Below, one piece after another: positions 50,804 to 64,000 of a stretch of DNA of 64,000 nucleotides. The first letter of the stretch is position 1. Each line of letters begins with the position of its first letter. Source of the stretch: Eledone cirrhosa (lineage: Eukaryota); NCBI GenBank assembly GCA_964016885.1, contig OZ024742.1, positions 54,622,001 to 54,686,000 of the forward strand. Direction: 5' to 3'. Below the pieces are notes generated by a model. It had not been told where the DNA came from and ran no database searches. It was given only the letters and a program-made list of their open reading frames with translations. The translations under genes were made by a program, and so were the position numbers.

Positions 50804-50864
50804 CTATATATATATATATGTATGTATATACATGTATATATACATATATATATATATACATAAT

Positions 50865-51088
50865 AAATACAATATCGGAGAAAGCTTTTTAGCGATACTC
50901 CGGCCAAATTCCAACCCACTCAACAAACATTAGGAAATAAGTGATTATATTCCCAATTATGCGTTCGGGGTGCTAACTAAAAGTATTGCGTGGAAAATTG
51001 GCTGTATTATTTCATATGAGACATATCTAATATATCTCTTCCCAGACGGACGTCTCGTTTCATTATAGGATTCGTACAATTTGGGTGA
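50865..51088 (-). mobile_element. Truncated, diverged relative of the 61360-62457 repeat unit
   Basis: Reverse complement aligns to ~61512-61735, including tataatGAAACG. Confidence 0.7.
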
Positions 51089-51169
51089 AATTATATGTAT
51101 ATATATATGTATATATATATATGTATATATATATATGATATATATGTATATATATATATACACACACAA

Positions 51170-51295
<126 letters not shown>

Positions 51296-51670
51296 AAAAA
51301 AGGATGAAATCGAAAATGCAGCTGGAGTCTTATTTAAAAAAATATATATATATTTATTTGGTTGCTTTACCCGTTTCGAGGTTCTTCTGCTTTTCAAAAG
51401 TAGAGTTGAGATGGAGGGTCTGTGAAGAACTGCGAAACCGGTAAAGGAACCAAATAAATATATATATATATTTTTAAAAATAAGAATCCAGTTAAATTTT
51501 CGATTTCATCTTTTTTTCTTTATACTTTCACTCGTGTAGGACACCTCGGTTATTTTTCATTTTGTAAAAAAAACCCTCACTTTCTAATATATATATATAT
51601 ATATACATATATATATACATATATATATATATGGAGGAGGTTATAGTTCACTTGAAGCATTGTGTAATGA

Positions 51671-52176
<506 letters not shown>

Positions 52177-52177
52177 G

Positions 52178-52213
<36 letters not shown>

Positions 52214-52333
52214 CGGTTCTTATATATTTGATATATATTTATTCTTATCGAGCCCTCTTTGGATTTTAGTCTTCAAATTTATTATTATTACTATATATAT
52301 ATATATATATATATATACATTTATATATATATA

Positions 52334-52424
<91 letters not shown>

Positions 52425-52748
52425 ATATATATATATGTATGTATATGTATATGTGTGTGCATGTGTGTGTATACTGTACAAATTGCTACGCGCTTCTACG
52501 AACTGTCAAATGTTAGCGCTAACACACATTTCTACGTAAGATCTGATACAAAAGGTTAAGATCCAAATCAAAATAAGTTGTCACTTAATGCAATCAATCC
52601 ATCCGAAATGGGAATATATTCTTGAGGCAACATAATGAATCGGTATATTATTTGAATCGATAATTATATTAGTCACACACTTAAAAACAAAAAGGACACA
52701 GTAAAACAGAGATAAACAATCATGCATGAATACACACACGCGCGCACG

Positions 52749-52794
<46 letters not shown>

Positions 52795-52795
<1 letters not shown>

Positions 52796-53532
52796 ATCTA
52801 TATATATAAACAAATACATGCACAGTTAATACAGTCCTCTCTATCATTGTAAGGCACAAGGCTAGCAATAATTATAGCATCTAGTCTTAACTACAGTGGC
52901 AACAATACTATTAAAAGGGCTGTTAGGGCTATGGAAGAGAGTTACGGGAAGCGAAAGTAGGGACAGGAACAAGCAGACAAGAAATCGAGAACACATATAG
53001 AGAACACATATGGAAATAATCGAGAGGGGAGCTCGAGTTATCAATAAAAGGAGTAACCTCTTCAGAACCTGCCTCCACAGATCATCTGGAAACTTCCTCA
53101 AACTGTACGGACTAAGAATATAGTTGTACTAGTTGAAGACTATTGCAAACGTGACCATGGAAGCCGGGCGTGGCCACGCAGCAACCCCAGCGTAGGGTGA
53201 ACCTTGGATATCTTGTTTGCTCACCTGGATTCTTTGTGTACATGTTTCATGTCCCCTGTTCCTTATTTCTCTGTTTATATACCTATTTTTAATGTATTTT
53301 TGTCCCGTTCTTTTTTTATTGTGTTCTCTATATGTGCTCTCGATTCCTTGTCAGCTTGTTCCTGTCCCTACTTTCGCTTCCCGTAACTCTGTTCCATAGC
53401 CTGACAGCCCTTTTAATAGTATTGTTGCCACTGTAGTTAAGACTGAATGCTATAATTATTGCTAGCCTTGTGCCTTACAATGATAGGGAGTACTTTATTA
53501 ACTGTGAATGTATTTGTTTATATATATAGATA
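52795..53532. repeat. Foldback element (arms ~52795-53008 / 53320-53532)
   Basis: About 210-bp inverted arms ending in TA-rich sequence. Confidence 0.7.
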
Positions 53533-54455
53533 TCCATCTATGTTTCTATCCCATTTTCGCTTAGAATGATAGAGGTGACTGTATTAACTGTGCATGCATT
53601 TTTTTATATATATAAATACCCACCTATATTTCTATCCCATTTTCGCTTCCTTGTTTCAACGGACTACTATTGTGGTTCGTTTATTTGTCATGGAAGCATG
53701 GCCTTTTCCTGTTGCCGCCGTCGCCGTGGTGGGATCATCATTGGTTTTGTTGTTGTTGGTGTTACCAATGGCTTAATATTAATATCAATGATACCACCAC
53801 TACTGCGACGAACGGGGTGGGTGATGGGGGGTGTTGGTGCTTGCTGCCGTTACCATTGTTGTTGTTGCTATATATGGTCATGGTGATTGATACCACCAAC
53901 TCTATGTACCCACCTACCCCTGAACTCCTTTTTATTGCTTTGGCGTATTCGCTATTATTGTCGACAAGGTGATACCGTCACTGCGACGGTTGCTGCCTGT
54001 GTACACGACGCTGGTCTGTTTTTTTACTGTTGTTGTCATTGTTGCTGTTGTTGTTGTAAGTGTTTACTGTAGCTGTTGCTTTAGTTGTTGTTGTCAGTAG
54101 GGTGGTGGTACCACTACGACTATTGCGGCAAGTGTGGGCAATTTTGGTCGGCGGTTTGCTGTTATTGTCATTATTGTTGTTGTCGTTGTTGTCTATAGGT
54201 GGTGTCAACAAAATATATACCCCACCCTTCCTCAGATCTCCATTTATTGCTTCCACTGTCTACAGTTCTTCGTTCTTTTCGTCTTTTTCATTGATAGTTT
54301 TTCTAGCAAACACGACGGCTGGCAAACCCTTCAAGGAACTCATATGTATTCTGGGCACACAGGCATTAGAAAGGTTGTTTTTTCCTGCCAGCGACACATC
54401 AAACATATCGATTTTCATCTGAGGATACCATTCTCATAATCAATAGCAAATGCAT

Positions 54456-57126
54456 TGTAGTGACCTACATTCCGCGGGCTCACATACATTCTCTGTGCGT
54501 GATTTGGCTCAGCTCAGCCAATCAGCGCCAGGAGAAGAGGATGTATCCCTACGCGTTCTGAGAGAGAAATAGCCCGCGAAGATTTGAGAAATAAAAGACT
54601 CGCAGCTTGACCAGGCTAAGGTAAACACCACTTGTTCTTTTGCTCTGTAAGCACAAACAATATGTAACGTCAAAACATTACATACGGACCTGGCCAAACG
54701 CCTCAGCAAGTCGACCGTATTTTCTCTTGTAATCTTAATTGATTTGTTTTATTTCTCTTGGCATGCCAGCTCAACCTTTGTTAATAAATAATGAAAAACA
54801 AGCTAAAGTCGTTGTCGATATTCCTATCATATCTTTCTACCAAACTGGTGCTTCCTCGTGGCAACATTACAACTCTCTAAATATAAACTCTCTACTAAAT
54901 TGGTGACCCTCGACGATTAAGTATGAAAACGCAGCCTATTTGAATTCGCCATTCGTTTTAATGGCTATGTGGAGTGGCTTAACATTTGGAGTGTTCGAAT
55001 CGGGTAGCTAGACTCACTTAGCGTAAGTCCATAAAATTCATAATATTCCATTTGTTGAAGCACGCGGCCTGCACAATATTTCTGTCATAACTTTCATGGT
55101 AACACTAGTAACTCACGCATACAGACGAACACAAAAATACAACACAAAAAAAAATTAATTAAAAAAAAGAGGATTTCTCTGGATGTGGAATTTTGCTTTC
55201 GGCGTTCTGTTGAAATTACAAATGGAGACTCAGTAATTTTGTTTTCCCGCGTACGGCTTGTCTTCTCCAATCCCAGCCGTCTGATTGGCTGCATCGTGCC
55301 ACATGACGGCTTCTTCATCACATACGTATTTTTCAATCGGCCATCTTGGATTTTCTTGCCGAATAATTTACATGGAAAATAATTTTTTTTTTATTATTCA
55401 AATTTTCTTTAGAGTATTTTAGAAAAAAAGAAAATATTAGCAGTATTTCAAAAACTTTTCGCCACGAGGAAATTTCAAAACGGCTACCACCAAGTACCAG
55501 CCATCAGCAGCAACACATGGCTAACTATTAACCAACACCAGGGAACGGCTTGTAACTTTACCGACGCAACCACCATACCTTCTGTCTCGTTACCACAAGC
55601 ACTCGAGAAATTAAGACATTAGTTTTCTCACCATTATGGCGTCAGACGTGGCTGCCATGTTGGTGACGCTAGGTTCTTCAACGCTCGACTTCTACTCTAC
55701 AGAAGATTCAGTGTGACTTTGCTGTAACAACAACAACAACTCTACTAGCTCCATAGTAAGAGCGTTCCCAAAGAAAAAAGAAGCGAACTTTTTGTTAAAA
55801 GAAAAGAAACAATTCTTTCTTTCTTCCTTTTTTTTTTTCAGGCATTTATTTTGGACATTTATTTTTTTATTTTTTTAAACTGTATTATATGAAAATTCAT
55901 TTCTCTCTATCATTGTATATGTGACCGCACGCACACATTTTTTTTGCTGTATTACATGCCTGCATATATACACACACCAACATGTTGTTGTCTATGGTAT
56001 GTGATCTTCAAGCGTCGTAATATTCTGCGAGATCCCTTTTCACCTTCTAGAGGTACCAAAACATGCTATCGACACTTGCAGCTTAATTCACCTGCACCGC
56101 AACACGAGAATGCTAATTGCAGCTGAACTCAAACAGTTTCGCATCTCGTTGCACATTCATCGTCCATAACAACCTCTATCTTGTTATCTTACCCAACTCA
56201 CCGGAAAAACAACAACTAGAACTGGACTTGTCAGCATTTCCACCATTTCTATGGATTCGCCCGAATTGTGGGACTGCAACCCACCTACAGATTCAGCTTG
56301 TTTTTTTTTCTTATCAAAGCAACCAGCCATTTTTTCCTAGCTCCCTAGCACATTCGGCAATACATCTGGGAGGCCAACATTTTCTCGCCTTTGCCCATGT
56401 CAGACTTTATCTGTTTTCTATTAGACCTTTGGTGGTCACGTATAAACTACAAAACAGCTAGTCATTTGACAGCGGCTCAACACGGCCTGTAGCGCCTCAT
56501 TTTTTTTCTTGCATGCATCTTTCTGCTCAATTATTTTTTCACTGATGTGCTCTTTCAGCATTTGTTCTTGCTGATTCAATAATCTCTATCGACTTCCGTC
56601 TAGAAGGGGGGTGTAAACTGTACCTTGTGGGTCCTTGGCTTTATCGTTAATGATTTTCGGCTAAAAATCTGCTCGGAGGTGATGTAGTGACCTACATTCC
56701 GCGGGCTCACATACATTCTCTGTGAGTGATTTGGCTCAGCTCAGCCAATCAGCGCCAGAAGAAGAGGATGTAGCCCTACGCGTTCTGAGAGAGAAATAGC
56801 CCGCGAAGATTTGAGAAATAAAAGACTCGCAGCTTGACCAGGCTAAGGTAAACACCACTTGTTCTTTTGCTCCGTAAGCACAAACAATATGTAACGACAA
56901 AACATTACATACGGACCTGGCCAAACGCCTCAGCCAGTCGACCGTATTTTTTCTTGTAATCTTAATTGATTTGTTTTATTTCTCTTGGCTTGCCAGCTCA
57001 ACCTTTGTTAATAAATAATGAAAAACAAACTAAAGTCGTTGTCGATATTCCTATCATATCTTTCTACCAAACTGGTGGTTCCTCGTGGTAACATTACAAC
57101 TCTCTAAATATAAACTCTCTGCTAAA
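54456..57126 (+). mobile_element. Non-autonomous LTR retrotransposon (Gypsy-like PBS): 444-bp LTRs at 54456-54899 and 56683-57126
   Basis: LTRs run TGTAGT...(A/G)CTAAA and differ by about a dozen substitutions. PBS tggtgaccctcgacg resembles the tRNA-Trp PBS. 4-bp TSD GCAT. No gag/pol ORF in the 1.78-kb interior. Confidence 0.88.
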
Positions 57127-57429
57127 GCATGAAGGACATCTCGATTTCATGGAGAATCGTCGAAATAATTATAATGATTAAACGATATATGTAACCTTAG
57201 CATCTTATTTTGTCAATTATGATACCCTGAGCTCTTCAGACTGCAAAACCTAAAATATACATAGAAGATTCCTAAGAAACCTTTAAATTACCTCCGATCT
57301 TTTATTGATATATAATGCTCCGTCTTGTACCATTTATGCACGTCGTTCAGCGTTTCTTATTATCTGCTTCAGAAACAACAGTCCAAAGTGTGATTCGCGC
57401 ATCCCTGGTCTGTTATCCCCTTACTCTCC

Positions 57430-57491
<62 letters not shown>

Positions 57492-57565
57492 CAAAGGAAT
57501 TGTGGTAAGGAACCAGATGGACCATAACTACTACTTAGGGTAGTAGAGTGGGAAATAGGAAATCG

Positions 57566-57666
57566 TATGACCCCCGTGGCAGAGTTCAAGCCGTTTCGAT
57601 GGCTATTTCTGGATATAGTCCAGAAATACCCGCCGAAACGTCTTGAGCTCTGCCGCCGGGGTCATA
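57566..57666. repeat. ~100-bp hairpin next to (TA)n, containing GAAACGTC
   Basis: tatgacccc...ggggtcata inverted arms. Confidence 0.65.
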
Positions 57667-57677
57667 TATATATATAC

Positions 57678-57722
<45 letters not shown>

Positions 57723-58201
57723 CATATATATATATACATATATATATATATACATATATATATATACATATATATATATACATATATATTGATCATAGCA
57801 ATTGAAAAGCACTCACACACTCTTTTATTTACATAACCTCTTAGCTTCGTACGGACGTATAATAACACACATACACACACGCGCATACGCACGAACACAA
57901 GTATAGCTCGTTATACAAAACGGTTCTTTTCCGTTTCAGATAGACACTCCATCATCCACCTTTCTAAAAAATGTATTATATCAAAACGCCACCATCAACA
58001 TGAATGGACCTGTTATTTTTATCTAAAAACCTTTTCCCAATTCCACCCCGCCCGTCCCTTCAATCTATCTAATTACTCATTATTTATTCTAATCAGGGAC
58101 TAGCGTTCGAGACGTTAAGACCCTCTTCCTGCTATTTCAAGCGTTAACCTAATATTTTCCTTTCATATACTGTACCGATTGTGTTGTTATTTCTGTTTAC
58201 C

Positions 58202-58278
<77 letters not shown>

Positions 58279-58399
58279 CTTACACATATCAAGAAACAAT
58301 TGGTATGTTTACCTATCGTAGCCTAATCATAACTAGGTATGTAAAGATGGACATGTAGAAAAGCGAAGTGCAAATGTCAGCTTCGAGTTTGGTAAATCC

Positions 58400-58790
58400 A
58401 ATCACAGGTTATGGGATTGTAGGGATGTGCCTTTTGCAACACGTTTCCACTTATCACCAACATTACCACCTTCCGGCCAATCACACCTTGTACGACACAC
58501 CTCCCACTGCACCTCCTCCAACCTTGTCTTCGGACTCAATTGTACGCTATGTGGAGCGGCATATGTTGGATAGACAATACGGCGATTGGCGCACCAGTTC
58601 ATTCCCCGTTCAATAATCACCTGCCACCTCCGTTCCACTTGATACTCTGCCTAAAACATTTCTGTCTGTAGCCTTATTGCTTGCTCCGGAGCCACGAAAT
58701 CACGCTTAGACATGAGCAGCGCTGATTTTCTTTCTCCAGACTCGGACGGGTAACGGCTTGAAATCCACACCCATCTTCCTTTAGATCCCC
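58400..58790 (+). pseudogene. Penelope-like element GIY-YIG endonuclease remnant (Neptune-type)
   Basis: CTSSNLVFGLNCTLCGAAYVG*TIRRLAHQF, then ...RHEQRLIFFLQT...NGL with frameshifts. Confidence 0.8.
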
Positions 58791-59276
58791 TTCCCCACGC
58801 ACATACAAACCCCTACACATCCCATACACTCACCCCATGAACACCGACCCACACACTTACAACCATATCCCGTTACCGTCCCCACATTTACCCGACCCCC
58901 AGCAACCAACTAATCTACTAACCGACCACCAGCACACGCCCCTACCCACCAATAACACAACTACCCCCTCTATCTCTTTTCTCCATCCTCCACTATCTGC
59001 ACACTCCTACCGAACATCACCAATAATTACATACTTGACATGTCCATGCACACACACACACGTACACACTCACATACATAGAATCATGAAACAGTCGCCC
59101 CCCACCACACACACACAACCTCACGCGCACACACTAACAGTTCACTGCCACTCCCATTGATCCTCCTTTCACCTCTTCTACCTCATTAATATATTAACTG
59201 ACCTACCCGCATTAATACCACTAGTCCTATGTCCAACATTACCAATAAGCTGAATCTTTACTATTTCCGCGTTCAT

Positions 59277-59868
59277 TGGTGGATTGGCAGTATCAGTAGA
59301 GGGTCGGACGCCATGCTTTCCAGCATAGTTACGTCCCTTTACGATCTGAGTTCAAATCCCGCGAGGTTGACTTTACCTTTCATCATTACGGGGTCGATAA
59401 AATAAAGTACCAGTAATGCAGTGGGTATGTGCTGGCCTTGTGCCTAAAGTAGAAACAATTATTATTTAGGGGCGGTGAATTGGCAGTATCGGTAAAGGAT
59501 CGGACGTCATGCTTTGAGTTCAAATCACGCCGAGGTTAACTTTGCCTCTCATCGTTACGGGGTCGATAAAATAAAGTACCAGTAATGCACTGGGTAATTG
59601 ATGGCCTTGTGCCAAACGCAGAAACAATTTTTTTTTTTCCATCATCCTTATATCCAATCAGTTTAACCTGACGTTAATATTATCGTTAGATTTGCAGTAT
59701 CGGTAGAGGTTTGGACGCCATGCTGTATATCATAGAGTTACGGTCCCTTACGGTCTGAGTTCAAAGCCAGTCGAGGTTAACTTTGCCTTTCATCCTTACG
59801 GGGTCAATAAAATAAAGTACCAGTAATGCACTGGGGTGATTGCTGGTCTTGTGCCAAAAATTATTATA
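59277..59868 (+). mobile_element. Array of three SINE copies
   Basis: Units at ~59277-59465, 59468-59628 and 59690-59866; the first and third end in (att)n. Confidence 0.8.
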
Positions 59869-59955
59869 TATATATGTATCATATACATGTATGTATGATA
59901 TATATATATATACATATATATACATATGTATGTATGTATGAGTCTGTGTGTGTGC

Positions 59956-60039
<84 letters not shown>

Positions 60040-60132
60040 TCATATATTTCTTATATAAATACCTGCCAGAGTACTAGGTTAATTAATATTCCTTTATTAC
60101 TCAAATCAACATATTACGAGAAGTAGCGGATC

Positions 60133-60715
60133 TACTTGGAGTGACTCTCTGATCTCCGAGTTACGCACCCAAACGAGTAAGCTACTCCAAACACCCTCGG
60201 GGGCACACAATTTCGGTTATAATACCCAGATTCAAGTGCATAGGTAAGAGTTGGCACGACTACCGAATTGAAATTAGCGTGTTTGACTTTTACGCCAACC
60301 TTCCTTTTTCTGATTACTGAATCCTCAACCTGGTGCATTACTGCAAAACCTACTGCAATTCTTGCACTTAATTCTTCCTTCCATCACTCATGAACACGAC
60401 CCTGAGTTACTTGAACTTCTCCACCTGATTCAGAGGAACTTCATACACATGTAGAGGTTTCCTTGAAAGGACGACTGTCAAAGTTTTCAGAGCACTGATG
60501 GTCATTCAAGCACTCGGCATCACAAGTGCAAGTCGGAGACCACCCTCTTTTGAGTAAAGTAATACCATGTCGTCTGCAAATTCTATCCGACAGATATTAC
60601 TCCTGTCAGTCGTCAACCCACTTCCAAACCTGCTGTGTATGTCAATCCTCTTTATGAAAATAATGAACGGGAGAGGTGACAGTACGCAGTCTTGGCGGAG
60701 TCCGACTCCCCATAG
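60133..60715 (-). pseudogene. RTE-type LINE reverse transcriptase fragment
   Basis: GVGLRQDCVLSP, FADDMVLL, NQVEKFK and PTLTYALES in decayed frames. Confidence 0.75.
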
Positions 60716-60971
60716 AATTGTTTCAATTTAACACAATTACTTAGACATTTGTATAAATATATGAGGGCACCAAGACTGCAGTGTAATAATTGGGCCAGCT
60801 TCAGGATTCAGTAATCAGAAGGCGGTAGATATAAAATCCAGATTTGCTACCTTCAATTCGCTATTTCTGTAAACCTTACCAATCTCTCCAACACACACAC
60901 ACACACACACATACACACACACACACACACACATACACACACACACACACACACACATACACACACACATA

Positions 60972-61292
60972 CTCTGAACGTTAATCAGTATACACTGAGG
61001 ATGAAAAACTCAGAGCTGTATGGGAGCATACCAAAAGTCAGCTCAAAAGTGACACAGAGGAGACTGAGGTTAGCTGGACATACTCACCTACATCCAGAGT
61101 TGACATTGCACTCAGTGCTCCTGTGGGAGCCCCTACATGGACACTAGAAGAGGAAGACCAAGGTTAACGTATGTTGATGCCCTAAGGACAGAGACTGGTC
61201 TGTTGGAGACGCAGGACATGGCAGCGATAATGAGGGACAGAGACCGCTGGAGAGAACTCGTCGATGGATCTCTGGAATTTTACCCGCCTTAG
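60972..61292 (+). pseudogene. 3' end of an RTE/RTEX-like LINE
   Basis: ELYGSIPKVSSKVTQRRLRLAGH...VLLWEP..G..RRGRP.LTYVD. Confidence 0.7.
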
Positions 61293-61359
61293 ATAGATAT
61301 ATATCTTAGTGCGGCTGATACTTAAATATATAATATATATAATATATATAATATATATT

Positions 61360-62457
61360 CTAGCACGGAGGGGTACCATCGCTGAACATTAATATCGGTA
61401 AGGTTTTTTTTATATCGATATTTGTCGGGCATCCACTAATGATTTATAAGTACCCACCTACATATATTCCTACGGACTATGTGTAGGCTTCTACATAACC
61501 AGGACATTATTGTCCCAATTTGTAGAAAACTTATAATGAAACGATCGTTTGGAAAGAGAGATGTATTTTAATTATGTCTCATATAAAATAATACAACTGG
61601 CTATCAACAAAATACGTATAGTTAGCACCCCAAACGTATAATTGGGATTATACTAAGGTATATCCTAATGTTTGTTGAGTGAGACGGAAGCCGGTCGGAG
61701 TATTGCTTAAAGCTTTCTCTGTTAATGTATTAAATATTATACTCTTGATTTTGGCAGGGATGAATATTTCCAGATACTTTTTAGGTATGACTTTCCGTAT
61801 TTATCCTTTGTATGAAATATTGATTGTTCTTCCGGTATCTTATCTCTGTTTTTAGCCTAAGAAAATACCTATATGCGTGTATAAATAATACATGCATATA
61901 TTTATTTTTTATATCCAATTGAGTTCTTCACGCATGGTTAAAATTATTGAAAGAATTAATTGACCCGCGTGCATATTATTTTATTATTTTATGTTATGCG
62001 ATGACCTCCCCTTTCCGCTTGATGGCAGTGTGAGATTTCTCATTGTGAGACTGCTGGAATTTCAAATTTGGCGGTCATACTAGTACGGAGGGGTACCATC
62101 GCTGAACATTAATATCGGTAATGTTTTTTTTATATCGATATTTGTCGGGCATCCACTGATGATTTATAAGTGCCCACCTACATATATTCCTACGGACTAT
62201 GTGTAGGCTTCTACATAACCAGGACATTATTGTCCCAATTTGTAGAAAACCTATAATGAAACGATCGTTTGGAAAGAGAGATGTATTTTAATTATGTCTC
62301 ATATAAAATAATACAACTGGCTATCCGCAAAATACGTATAGTTAGCACCACAAACGTATAATTGGGATTATACTAAGGTATATCCTAATGTTTGTTGAGT
62401 GAGACGGAAGCCGGTCGGAGCATTGCTTAAAGCTTTCTCTATTAATGTATTAAATAT
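61360..62457 (+). mobile_element. Non-coding element with two ~378-bp direct repeats (61360-61737, 62080-62457), each with a hammerhead; flanked by TA tracts
   Basis: Period 720 nt, about 10 substitutions between repeats, no ORF. Confidence 0.8.
62152..62273 (+). ncRNA. Type I hammerhead with ~95-nt branched stem II domain (twin at 61432-61553 with CTAATGA)
   Basis: tcca-CTGATGA-t-ttata...tataa-t-GAAAC-gatc-GTT-tgga. Confidence 0.7.
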
Positions 62458-62734
62458 ATATATATGGGATAACAAATTATCATTATAGGTAATCCAGTTA
62501 GGGGTTGTGAGTACTCCGTATCGTGGATAGTTTTAACGTACGGCGGTGTTTGACTCAACAAGAGTTTTCCTTAGTTAGGTTGCGATATAGTTAGGCATAC
62601 ATTGTATTTAAAATTGAGTGACACAACTTCAAGTGATTAGCAATTTTTAGACAACTTAATCAATGAAACAATCGTTAATACTGTAAATAAAACCCTTTTT
62701 GTACTGCTGATCATGTTATTCTTCACTCTTTCAC

Positions 62735-62812
<78 letters not shown>

Positions 62813-62850
62813 GAGATTACAATAATCAAAGTTCAGTTTAAGTCATTTAT

Positions 62851-62899
62851 TTGCTTACAATTGTTTCCTCCAAACTGAGGTTTGGATTCTTCGGAGCAA
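62851..62899 (-). ncRNA. Type I hammerhead fold with U4C core
   Basis: ttgct-CCGAAGA-a-tccaaac-ctca-gtttgga-g-GAAAC-aatt-GTA-agcaa: all stems pair perfectly. Confidence 0.6.
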
Positions 62900-62995
62900 C
62901 TATTTACTGATCTATAACATACTTGACCTCCTTTTCAACCCAAGAGACACATAAAACATATGCGCATATTGATCAACATTGGGGTGACATTCATC

Positions 62996-63060
<65 letters not shown>

Positions 63061-63063
<3 letters not shown>

Positions 63064-63244
63064 GTATAATAAACAACACAGTATAATTAGCTCATTACCC
63101 GAGGTTTCCTGAACAGGACGAACACCAGAGACGTCCGCATAATATTGCCTTATCTGACGAACGAATGCGGACGGCTCTTGTGTTCGTCCTGTTCAGGAAA
63201 CGTCGGGTAATGAGGTAATTATACTGTGTTGTTTATTATACATT
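63061..63244. mobile_element. Foldback element next to (TA)n with a hammerhead-like core (63154-63204, plus)
   Basis: ~80-bp inverted arms. CTGACGA-[gaat/gttc, ggacg/cgtcc stem II]-GAAACGTC; stem I pairs poorly. Confidence 0.6.
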
Positions 63245-63310
63245 AAATATTTAGCTCTGTTACTTACATAGAGCACTCTTCATTGCTTTTAGTTTTTCCA
63301 CGGAAACTTC

Positions 63311-63377
<67 letters not shown>

Positions 63378-63390
63378 GCACACGCACACG

Positions 63391-63438
<48 letters not shown>

Positions 63439-64000
63439 GCAAAGTGTGCTGTGAAACACATCCCCGTTCCTTCGGCACTGTCCATTTTTTACAACGCCGA
63501 CAATTCACCAACCTTACAGAACACCCTGATTGGATTACTTGATTTGCCGCGAATTACTGTAATCCATTTAAATATTTCTAACTAGTACTTATAAACAATT
63601 TGAGAATGCAATTCTTACTAATTTTCAGGCATATTCCTTGCCATGTTATATTTGATATGATATTACTTACAATGTTGTAGCAATTCAACAGTATTCCCTA
63701 TGCAGAAATGCATTCACCAGACATATTATTTGCTACAATATGTCAGTAATTTTATGCTCACTTACATTATATTGCGTATGTATTTGGTCTGCATTGTTTG
63801 AATTACTGTAAATGCATCGAATTTCAACTAGTATCAATGATGTTCAATTTGTTATGTTACTTAATGAACAGAAATTACAAAGATATTTCCAGGATCAATC
63901 TGACATATGATGTACTGTTAGGTGCCTAGTTTAACTGCCATAACATGCTTATCACTCAGAAATCATCTGCCGTAATACAAGTTGAAATAAGATAGACGGA

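Noticed and set aside
53025-53072. CTGAAGA with a stem on the minus strand in the foldback spacer
   Set aside because: No GAAA and no stem I partner; cannot be called a hammerhead.
53566-54439. Overlapping ORFs in a GTT/GGT-rich region
   Set aside because: Low-complexity sequence with no convincing protein motif.

Overview
AT-rich, microsatellite-saturated animal genomic DNA. The SINE families and repeat landscape suggest a cephalopod such as Octopus (inference). The only host gene is a class A GPCR with an intronless CDS (12271-13587, minus). Positions ~26.2-45.6 kb hold a pile-up of non-LTR retrotransposons inserted into (AAT)n. It contains a near-intact Tx1-clade LINE, two full-length R4/Dong-type RLE LINEs, several fragments of both types, and tRNA-derived SINEs whose 3' tail resembles the Tx1 tail. 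Elsewhere are a non-coding 2.7-kb LTR element, RTE fragments and a Penelope-like (PLE) GIY-YIG remnant. The most striking unannotated layer is a set of short foldback or direct-repeat elements in (TA)n tracts, most carrying type I hammerhead ribozyme (HHR) folds. These include variant cores (U3-A8 compensated, U4A, U4C) and a 1.1-kb two-hammerhead, retrozyme-like unit with a greatly expanded stem II. All folds and alignments were read by eye; no database search or folding program was run.
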